Shown here one piece after another: positions 21,137-29,195 of a stretch of 64,000 nt of DNA. Numbering within the stretch: position 1 is the first letter of the stretch; each line of letters starts with the position of its first letter. The notes under the pieces were generated by a model. It saw nothing but the letters and a program-made list of their open reading frames with translations, ran no database searches and had not been told where the DNA came from. Source of the stretch: an uncultured delta proteobacterium (lineage in GTDB: Bacteria; Myxococcota_A; Polyangia; Polyangiales; Polyangiaceae); assembly GCA_963806225.1 (NCBI GenBank), contig CAWDXG010000004.1, positions 1,536,001 to 1,600,000 of the forward strand, in the 5' to 3' direction. Position numbers and translations under genes: made by a program.

Positions 21137-22234
21137 ATGACCGACCGCTGGGTACTCGTGCTGGACGCGCCTTCAGGCGATGCCTGTCGGCGCGTGGGCG
21201 GCCTTCCGCTGGCGCTGCGCCTCGCACTCGACGCCCAGGCCGGCGGCGCGGCAGCCGTGGTCATCACGGAAGACGCGGCGGCGGCGCGGCCGGCGCTCGA
21301 CGACGCGCGGCTCCGCCTCCCGCTGCTGGACCAGGTTCCCGACGACGCGCGCAGCCTTCGCGTCCCCGCGAGCTGGGTCGTGCACCGCGCCCTGTTCCGC
21401 ACGCTCGTCGACAGCGGAGGACTCGAACGCGCGCGCGATCTGGCGAAGGAGCCGTTCGGGATGTCGGCGGCGTGGAGCTTCGAGCCCGTCGACGTGACGG
21501 ACGACAAGTCCGCCGAGCGCGCTGAACGCGCGCTCTTCACCGCGCTCCGGAAGCCCCAGGACGGCTGGACCTCGCGCTGGCTCAACCGCTACATCTCGCT
21601 GTCCATCTCGCGCTGGCTGGTCAACACGCCGCTCAGGCCCAACCAGGTCTCCATCGGCATCCTGGCGATCGGCCTTTTCGGCGCGTGGCTGGCAACACGA
21701 GGCGACTACCTCGGCTTCGCCGTCGGTGCGTTCCTCTTCCAGATGCAGAGCGTGCTCGACGGCTGCGACGGGGAGATGAGCCGCGTGACCTACCGCGGGT
21801 CGCACCTGGGCGAGTGGCTCGACACCATCGGCGACGATCTGACCAACTACGCCTTCTTCGCCGGCGCCGCGGTCGGACTGTACCGGTCGAGCGGCCACAC
21901 CCTGTACCTCCTCGCCGGCAGCGTGATCGTGTTCTGCGGTTTCCTCACCAGCGGCATCGAGTACCGCTACCTGATCCGTATCGGATCGGGCGACCTGCTC
22001 AAGTATCCGCTCAGCCAGGGCGCGAGCGGCGAAGGCGGCGGACTGCTCTCCGCCATCCAGCCTCTGTTCAAGCGCGACACGTTCGTGTTCCTGACCTTCG
22101 TCGCGGCGCTCGTCGGCCTGGTGGGCCCGATGTTGATCGCGTTCTCGCTGGGCGCCATCGGCATCTTCATCAACGTGATCGCGACCGAGCTGCGTATGGC
22201 GAAGAGCCCACGCCGGCCGGGGAGCGAACGTTGA
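21137..22234 (+). CDS. CDP-alcohol phosphatidyltransferase family protein with N-terminal extension
   Basis: Signature LDGCDGEMSR...GEWLDTIGD, PNQVS, several TM helices. Confidence 0.9.
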   Translation: MTDRWVLVLDAPSGDACRRVGGLPLALRLALDAQAGGAAAVVITEDAAAARPALDDARLRLPLLDQVPDDARSLRVPASWVVHRALFRTLVDSGGLERARDLAKEPFGMSAAWSFEPVDVTDDKSAERAERALFTALRKPQDGWTSRWLNRYISLSISRWLVNTPLRPNQVSIGILAIGLFGAWLATRGDYLGFAVGAFLFQMQSVLDGCDGEMSRVTYRGSHLGEWLDTIGDDLTNYAFFAGAAVGLYRSSGHTLYLLAGSVIVFCGFLTSGIEYRYLIRIGSGDLLKYPLSQGASGEGGGLLSAIQPLFKRDTFVFLTFVAALVGLVGPMLIAFSLGAIGIFINVIATELRMAKSPRRPGSER

Positions 22235-23721
22235 GACGCCGCGCCACCGCCGCCGCACTCTCTGCCGCGCTACTGCTCGCCGCCGCGCCGGGCCGCGCGG
22301 ATCTGCCTGCGAACGGTGCGCAGATCCAGACCAGCCGATACAGCGTCGACATGACGCAGGGCCCGGTGCTGGCCGGCACGCGGGTCATGGGCCTGGCCGG
22401 CGCGTACGTGGCGCTCGCCGAGGGCACCGAAGGCAACACGCAGAATCCGGCCGCGCCAGCCGTGCGCACGCCCTGGTCCGTCGACAACCTCGACTACGAT
22501 CTCGGTTTCGGACTGACGTTCCCGAGCACGGTCGAGAACACGGATTTCTTCAACACCGGCCAGCGCACCACCCAGCTCGGCAACACCGACACCACCGGCT
22601 TCGTCTTCCTCGATCTCTCCGGCAACCTGCAGTTCGGGGCCTGGGGCGTCGGCCTTACGCTGAACATGCAGCAGTACGGAGTCACGCGCCGCGGCTCGCC
22701 GGAAAAGCTCAATGCCCGCTTCATCACGGGGCACGGCCTGGTGGCGCGCTCGCTGGCGGACGGACAGCTCGTGCTCGGCGGCGGCGTACGCCTGTCGAAC
22801 CTGACGCTGGTGAACGGCAACCCGCTGCCCAACCAGTCCAACTCGCTGTTCGAGACCACCGGAACGGCGCTCGAGCTAGGAGCGCTCATCCGCCCGAACT
22901 GGCGGCACTTCCGCATCGGCGCGGCGCTGCGCTCGGCCGTCACCACGCACGCGAACCCCACCAGCAAGGTGAACGAGGTGAACGGCGACCACATCGCCGG
23001 CACCCCCGGCAGCCCGGATGCCATCTTCCTGCCCGACCACGTCGCGTTGCCGTGGGACGTGAACGTCGGCGCCGCCATCCAGATCGGTCCGCGTCCCTTC
23101 AACCCGCGCTGGCTCGACCCCGACGAGGTCGTCGCGCAGACCAAGCGCTACCTCGATTGGCGCGCCCGCGAGCGCGAACGGCGGCGCGCCTACCTGCTCG
23201 ACAAGGCGAAGCAGGAGGGGCGCGACGTGGACGCGGCCGCCAAGGCCATCGACGCCGAGAATGCGACCCAGGCTGCGCTCGACAAGGAGCACCTGCGACG
23301 CGTAGGCGAGCGCGTTCGCAAGGAGCTCAAGGCCCGGGCGAAGGCCATGGCACGCTTCTACGTGCTGCTCTCGGCACAGCTCTTGATCACGGGCCCTCTG
23401 CCGAACGCCGTCGGCGTGGAGTCCTTCCTGGAGCAGAAGGTCAACCGCTCCGGGCAGCGCGCCACCTACTCGCCGCGTGCCGCACTGGAGACGGAGCTCA
23501 TCCCGGGCTGGCTGAAGATCCGTGGCGGCGCGTATTTCGAACCCACGCGCTTCGCGTCGTCGAAGGGCCGCTGGCACGGCACCGGCGGCCTCGGTCTCAA
23601 ACTATTCCCGTGGAGCATCTTCGGCCTCTTCGACGACGACACCGTCTGGCGCGCCAGCGGCGCCATCGACGCCAGCGCCCGCTACTTCGGCTGGAGCGCG
23701 AGCGTCGGGGTGTGGCACTAG
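22231..23721 (+). CDS. Putative outer-membrane beta-barrel protein (FadL/PorV-like plug motif)
   Basis: Signal peptide; RVMGLAGAYVALAEG...NPAA motif; amphipathic strands ending WSASVGVWH; TTG start overlaps upstream stop. Confidence 0.6.
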   Translation: MRRRATAAALSAALLLAAAPGRADLPANGAQIQTSRYSVDMTQGPVLAGTRVMGLAGAYVALAEGTEGNTQNPAAPAVRTPWSVDNLDYDLGFGLTFPSTVENTDFFNTGQRTTQLGNTDTTGFVFLDLSGNLQFGAWGVGLTLNMQQYGVTRRGSPEKLNARFITGHGLVARSLADGQLVLGGGVRLSNLTLVNGNPLPNQSNSLFETTGTALELGALIRPNWRHFRIGAALRSAVTTHANPTSKVNEVNGDHIAGTPGSPDAIFLPDHVALPWDVNVGAAIQIGPRPFNPRWLDPDEVVAQTKRYLDWRARERERRRAYLLDKAKQEGRDVDAAAKAIDAENATQAALDKEHLRRVGERVRKELKARAKAMARFYVLLSAQLLITGPLPNAVGVESFLEQKVNRSGQRATYSPRAALETELIPGWLKIRGGAYFEPTRFASSKGRWHGTGGLGLKLFPWSIFGLFDDDTVWRASGAIDASARYFGWSASVGVWH

Positions 23722-23814
23722 GCGCGCGCTCTGCCGATTGACGGCCGCACAGGGCGTCGGGCGGACCACTTGACGCTTGGCCCGCCGCCCCCACATGGGC
23801 GAGAGTCGAGACCG

Positions 23815-24681
23815 ATGCACCGCACCTCCCTCGTGATCGCCGCCGCCGTGGCGCTCACCTCGTGCTCGAAACACGACAAGACGGCGGAGCCGGCGCACAC
23901 GGCGCCGTGGCGCGCGCGGCCGGCTCCGAGCGCCGCGCGCCCGAGCCTCGCGGTGCGCTACACGATCCAGCCGCAGGGACGCGCGAGCTTCACGCTCGAG
24001 GCGAAGAAAGCGACGCCGAGCGGCGCTCTGCGCGTGGCGCGTGGCGAGCTGCGCGTCGATCTGCTCGATCTGTCGAAGACGCGGGGAACGGTGAGCATGG
24101 ATCTGGCGTCGGTGCTGATGGGCGCCGACGCCGACGCTGGCGACGCGGAAGAGCCCACGCGGCAAGCGAAGAACTGGCTCGACGTGGGCGACAATGTGCC
24201 CGAAGCGGAGCGCGCGCGCCGGCGCTGGGCCAGCTTTCGCATCGAATCCATCGAGCACGCGACCGCGGACGCCGCGTACAAGGGGCGGCGCGTCAAGGCG
24301 AGCGAGCTCTCGCCCGACGGCGGAGAGAGCGCGGACGCCGGCGAAGGCGGCGCATCCGCGCGCGAGATCCGCCGGGTGGATCTGACCGCGACGGGCGAGC
24401 TCTTGATCCACGGCTACAAGGCGGAGCAGAGCGTCCGGCTGCGGGCGCTGTTCGAATTTCCGGCCAAGGCCGGCCCGGGAGTCCGCCCCCAGCGTATCGT
24501 GCTCCGGACCCTCCATCCGCTGCGCGTCGCGCTCGCGGCGCATGACATCAAGCCTCGCGATTCAGAAGGGGTTTTCGTGTCCGAGGGGATGAAGCTGCTG
24601 GGCGTTTCGGTGGGGCGACAGGCCCGCGTTTCGCTCGACTTGACGGCCGTGCCGGACCCGGCACAGCGCGACAGCCGCTGA
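23815..24681 (+). CDS. YceI-like lipoprotein
   Basis: Lipobox-like ALTSC; GELRVDLLDLSKTRGTVSMDLASV, WLDV, ATGELLIHG motifs resembling the YceI barrel. Confidence 0.7.
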   Translation: MHRTSLVIAAAVALTSCSKHDKTAEPAHTAPWRARPAPSAARPSLAVRYTIQPQGRASFTLEAKKATPSGALRVARGELRVDLLDLSKTRGTVSMDLASVLMGADADAGDAEEPTRQAKNWLDVGDNVPEAERARRRWASFRIESIEHATADAAYKGRRVKASELSPDGGESADAGEGGASAREIRRVDLTATGELLIHGYKAEQSVRLRALFEFPAKAGPGVRPQRIVLRTLHPLRVALAAHDIKPRDSEGVFVSEGMKLLGVSVGRQARVSLDLTAVPDPAQRDSR

Positions 24682-24708
24682 AACCGTTGGCGGGCGCCAT
24701 CGTATGCG

Positions 24709-24722
24709 TTGACAATGGTCAA
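24709..24722. promoter_or_regulatory. CRP/FNR-family-like palindrome upstream of the putative RiPP precursor
   Basis: TTGAC-AATG-GTCAA perfect inverted repeat, ending 66 bp before the ATG at 24789. Confidence 0.55.
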
Positions 24723-24788
24723 ATGGCGCTTTTGCCTCGAGGCCGCGATCACCTATCCGGACCCCGATCCGAGCAAGGAGACCCGTCG

Positions 24789-25247
24789 ATGAACAGCAAA
24801 CTGTCCTTCAACGCCATTGCGGCAACGCTCGCAACGCTGGGCGCTACCGGTCTGGTCGCGTGCGGGGGCACTGCCGCTTCTCCGGCCAAGAGCCCGGTGC
24901 AGGCGCAGGAGGTGCCCGCTGCTGCTCCGGCTCCCACGGAGTCCACGGAGACGACCTCGACGGCAGCCGAAGAGCAGAATACGGACAGCGCCAAGGCAGC
25001 GGATGCCGACCAGGCCGGAGAAGCCGACAGCGACAAGTCCGCCGACGCCAAGGGCGCGGCCGACAAGGCCGACACCAAGGACGACAAGCCGGGCGCCGAG
25101 GACGACAAGACCGCGATGAAGAAGAAGAAGGCGGCCGGCGCCAAGGCCAGCTGCGGCGCGGTGCCGAGCAAGGCGCACAAGGCGGCCCCGAAGAAGAAGC
25201 GCGCGGGCGGCGCCAAGAGCTCCTGCGGCGCGGGCACCTGCTCCTGA
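24789..25247 (+). CDS. Putative MNIO-modified RiPP precursor (152-aa lipoprotein with C-terminal SCGA repeats)
   Basis: AAGGAG RBS; signal peptide ending GLVAC; low-complexity Ala/Asp/Lys linker; C-terminal KKKKAAGAKASCGA and KKKRAGGAKSSCGAGTCS; 8 bp upstream of the DUF692 gene. Confidence 0.78.
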   Translation: MNSKLSFNAIAATLATLGATGLVACGGTAASPAKSPVQAQEVPAAAPAPTESTETTSTAAEEQNTDSAKAADADQAGEADSDKSADAKGAADKADTKDDKPGAEDDKTAMKKKKAAGAKASCGAVPSKAHKAAPKKKRAGGAKSSCGAGTCS

Positions 25248-25255
25248 GAAACGGC

Positions 25256-26104
25256 ATGCAAGACGGAGTCGGGCTGGGGCTGCGCTGGGACTTCCTCGAG
25301 GAAGTGCTGGAGCGCCCCCGGCTCGACATCGCCTTCTTCGAGGTCTCGCCCGAGAACTACATGCGCCGCGGCGGATTCTATCCCGCTGCGCTGGAGCAGA
25401 TCGCCGAGCGCTATTCGATCGTCACGCACGGCCTGACGATGTCGCTCGGCGCCGCCGAGCCGCCCGCAGACGACTACCTCGCCGCGCTGCGAACCGAGAT
25501 CGAGCGCGTCGGATCGCCCTGGCACTCGGATCATCTGTGCTTCAGCACCGCCGGCGGCCGCGTGCTGCACGATCTGTTGCCGCTCAAGCTGTGCGAGGAC
25601 AGCGCACGGCGCGTGGCCGACCGCGTGCGTGCCGCGGAGGACCGCCTGGGCGTGCCGATGGCGGTCGAGAATATCTCCTGGTACGCGCACCCCGGACGGC
25701 AGGAGATGCCGGAGGCGGAGCTCATCTGTCGCGTGCTGGAGCTGAGCGGCGCAGGGCTCCTGCTCGACGTGAACAATGTCTATGTCAACTCGCTGAACCA
25801 CGGCTTCGACCCGTACGCCTTCATCGCCGCGCTGCCGCTCGAGCGCGTGATGCAGATCCACGTCGCGGGTCACACGCGGATGGAGAGCGGACTCGTACTC
25901 GACACGCACGGCGCCGCGGTGTGCGATCCGGTCTACGCGCTGCTCGAGTGGACGATCGAGCGCACCGGGCCGAAGCCCGTCCTGCTCGAGCGCGACAACT
26001 GGGTTCCGGAGCTGGACGAGCTCCTGGCAGAGGTCCGGGCGATCGACGCCGTCTACCGGCGCGGCGTCGCGCGGCACGAGGAGCGGCATGCAAGAAGCGC
26101 TTGA
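25256..26104 (+). CDS. Multinuclear non-heme iron-dependent oxidase (MNIO, DUF692/UPF0276)
   Basis: GVGLGLR, EVSPENYM, HGLTMSLG, SDHLCF, DLLP, VENIS, LLLDVNNVYVN, IHVAGH, DTHG, LLERD motifs. Confidence 0.95.
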   Translation: MQDGVGLGLRWDFLEEVLERPRLDIAFFEVSPENYMRRGGFYPAALEQIAERYSIVTHGLTMSLGAAEPPADDYLAALRTEIERVGSPWHSDHLCFSTAGGRVLHDLLPLKLCEDSARRVADRVRAAEDRLGVPMAVENISWYAHPGRQEMPEAELICRVLELSGAGLLLDVNNVYVNSLNHGFDPYAFIAALPLERVMQIHVAGHTRMESGLVLDTHGAAVCDPVYALLEWTIERTGPKPVLLERDNWVPELDELLAEVRAIDAVYRRGVARHEERHARSA

Positions 26105-26921
26105 GCGCGCCATGTCGCAGCTTGCCTTCGGGCCAGAGATCGATCCGCACGACGCCGGGGCGGTGCGCGCCTGGCTCGAGGGGAGCGGGATGGGCGCGGC
26201 GGACATCGACGCCATCCTGGCCGACAACGTCGAGCGCTTGTTCGTCTACCGCGACCTCGTACGCGGCAACCTGTACGAAGCGCTCCAGCTTTCGGTCCCC
26301 CGCAGCATGGCGCGGCTGGGCGAGGTGTTCGACGAGTACTTCGCGCGCTTCCTCGCCGAGCGCGCGCCCCGCACCCACTACCTGCGCGACGTGACCGACG
26401 AGCTGCTCGACTGGTGCGAGCCGCTCTGGCAGGACGACCCGCGGGTGCCGGCGTACATCATGGAGCTTTCGCGCCACGAGGCGCTGCAGATCGAGATCGG
26501 TGCGATGGCCACCGAGCCGGTGAGCGCCAACGCCGAGGGCCTCGACCTCGAGCGTGGCGTGCGCTTCATCGATGCCGCGCGTCTGGTGCATTACGACCAC
26601 GCGATCCACGAGCTCAGCGAGGACGAGGAAGACCGGACGGAACCGCGCCGCGCCCCCACCTCGCTGTTCGTCTACAGGAACCCCGAGCACGAGGTCCGCT
26701 ACCTGGCGCTGAGCCCGCTGGCCGCCGACATCCTTTCGGCTCTGTTCGAGCACGGCCAGAGCCTGCGCCAGGCGCTCGTCACGGCCTGCGGGAAGCAGGG
26801 ATGCGAGCTCGACCCGCCCGTGCTCGAGGGCGCCGCCCGACTGCTTTCCGATCTGGCCGAACGGGGTGCGCTGGTCGGGGCGGTCGAGCCAGTTCCGACG
26901 GAAATTCCCCCGACGGGGTAA
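26088..26921 (+). CDS. MNIO partner protein (DUF2063 / HvfC-BufC-like)
   Basis: RLFVYRDLVRGNLYEAL...P, ELSRHE, VYRN motifs; overlaps the MNIO stop by 17 bp. Confidence 0.85.
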   Translation: MQEALERAMSQLAFGPEIDPHDAGAVRAWLEGSGMGAADIDAILADNVERLFVYRDLVRGNLYEALQLSVPRSMARLGEVFDEYFARFLAERAPRTHYLRDVTDELLDWCEPLWQDDPRVPAYIMELSRHEALQIEIGAMATEPVSANAEGLDLERGVRFIDAARLVHYDHAIHELSEDEEDRTEPRRAPTSLFVYRNPEHEVRYLALSPLAADILSALFEHGQSLRQALVTACGKQGCELDPPVLEGAARLLSDLAERGALVGAVEPVPTEIPPTG

Positions 26922-26984
26922 CCAATCTGGCCGGGGAGCGGTACTAGGATATAGTGCTTCCTTTGATGCTCCAGGGCCCCGCAA

Positions 26985-29101
26985 ATGTCTGAACGCGACC
27001 CCCTGCGTATTGCCGGCCAGACGATAGCCGACAAGTACCGGATAGAAGAGGCGGTGGGAGAAGGCGGCTTCGCCGTCGTCTACCGTGCGCTGCACACCAT
27101 CTGGAAGCAGCCGGTCGCCATCAAGTTCTTCAACGGCCTGTCGACCGCTCCCGTCGACCAGCGCGACCAGCTGCAGCAGGACTTCATCAACGAGGGCGCG
27201 CTGCTCAGCGAGCTCAGCAGCCACACGGCAAACATCGTGCAGGCGCGGGATGTGGGCAGCTACACCACGCCCGACGGCCAGTGGATGCCGTACATGGTGC
27301 TGGAGTGGCTGGAGGGCGAGTCGCTCGAGGAAACGCTCGCGCGCGAGCAGAACGCCGGCGCCGCTGCCTGGAGCCTGGAGGAAATGTGCCGGCGTGATCG
27401 CGCCCGCAGCCACAGCGCTGGAAGTGGCCCACAAGCGCGGCATCGCGCACCGCGACATCAAGCCGGCGAACCTGTTCATTGTCGGAGGCGAACCGCGCAG
27501 CGCGGACGCCAAGCTGAAGGTGCTCGACTTCGGCGTCGCCAAGATGATGGCCGACAACACGCAGCTGCAGGCCGCGCTGGCGAAAACGGGCACGAACATC
27601 ACGTCGTTCACGCCGCAGTACGGCGCCCCGGAACAGTTCACGCGCAGCTACGGCGCCACGGGCCCGTGGACGGACGTGTTCGCGCTGGCGCTGGTGGCGG
27701 TCGAGATGCTCGTCGGTCACCCGGCGCTCGACGGCGGCGACCTGGTGCAGCTCGCCTTCTCGTCGAGCAATCCCGAGCAGCGGCCCACTCCACGCGCGCT
27801 CGGTGCCGCCATCCCCGACGCGGTGGAAGCCGTGTTCTCCAAAGGCGCTGGCGCCCCGCCCGGCCGCTCGCTACGCGAGCGCGGGAGCGTTCTGGGCGGC
27901 GCTGGAGCAGGCGGCGGGAAGCGCGGGCGTCCAGGTTCCGCGCTTGTCGACCACGCACCCGACACCGCTCGAAAGCGGGCCCACGCAGCTGCCCTCCGCG
28001 GTCATCGGCAACAGCGCCACGCCAGTCACCGCGCCGACCATGCCGGCGAGCTCGCTGTCCCCCATGCCGCTGGCAGGAGGCATCCGCACGACGACCCCAC
28101 AGACGCTGTCACCCGCCGAGCCCCGGCCGGCCCAGCGCGGGCGCGGCGGCGTGATCGCGGCAGTGGCCGCTGTGGCTGTGCTGGGCGTGGCGGGCGGCGT
28201 GTTCCTTGTCCGCCGAAGCCCCACTTCTACCCAGCAGGCCCCGGCACCCAGCGCCAGCATGGTCGCCCCGCCCGCCTCGGCCTCGGCGGCGCCGGCCGCG
28301 GCGACGTGTCCCAAGGACATGGCGGAGATCCCCGCCGGTCAGTTCTTCATGGGCTCCGACCGGCGCGATGCGTTCGACAACGAGAAGCCTTCGCATCACG
28401 TCAAGCTCGACGCTTTCTGCATGGACCTCTACGAGGTCACGATGGCCAAGTACAAGGCGTGCTCGGACGTCGGCAAGTGCCGCCGCGCGCCGAAGGAAGT
28501 CGACTGGCCGGGCATCAAGGACGCCGATCGCAAGACCTATAGCCCGCTCTGCAACGCGAACCACCCCGACCATGCAAACCACCCCGTCAACTGCGTGACG
28601 TGGAAGATGGCGGACACCTACTGCAAGGCCCAGGACAAGCAGCTGCCCACGGAAGCCCAGTGGGAATACGCGACGCGCGGTCCGGACGGGCGCGTCTATC
28701 CGTGGGGCGACGAGCCGCCTACGGCCAAGCACCTCAACGCCTGCGGCAGCGAGTGCATGGCCTGGGGCAAGAAGCACGGCGTGGAGATGCACGAGCTGTA
28801 CAAGCAGAGCGATGGCTACGCCGGCACTGCGCCGGTCGGCAGCTTCCCGCTCGGCCGCTCGCGCTTCGGCCCGTACGACGTGGTCGGCAATGTGTGGGAG
28901 TGGACGGCGGACTGGTACGGCCCGTACAAGCCGGGCGCCGAGGTCGACCCGACCGGGCCGAAAAGCGGGGAAAAGCGGGTGATCCGCGGCGGCGCGTTCA
29001 ACGGGAGCCAGGCGAGCTGGCTCCGCCCGTCGTTCCGCTACGCCCAGGACCCCGGCGCCAGAAGCCACGGCGTCGGCTTCCGCTGCGCGAAGAAGCTGTA
29101 G
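26985..29101 (+). CDS. Ser/Thr protein kinase - TM - FGE-sulfatase (SUMF1) domain fusion, frameshifted near 27390 and 27850
   Basis: GEGGFAVVY, VAIK, HRDIKPANL, DFGVAK, YGAPEQ, DVFALA; TM helix; FFMGSD, LPTEAQWEYA, GNVWEW, RGGAF, GFRCA spread over three frames. Confidence 0.88.
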
Positions 29102-29195
29102 TCCACCCCAAGGCGGGAGCCCCCAGGCAAGCTGGCCGACGCGACGATGAGCGGGACAATTGTGCCCTGTTCGCTGCCTGGTCTACGATCGGATC

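Noticed and set aside
28300..29101. FGE domain as a RiPP tailoring enzyme for the MNIO cassette
   Set aside because: It is the extracytoplasmic part of a kinase fusion and lacks the catalytic Cys pair.
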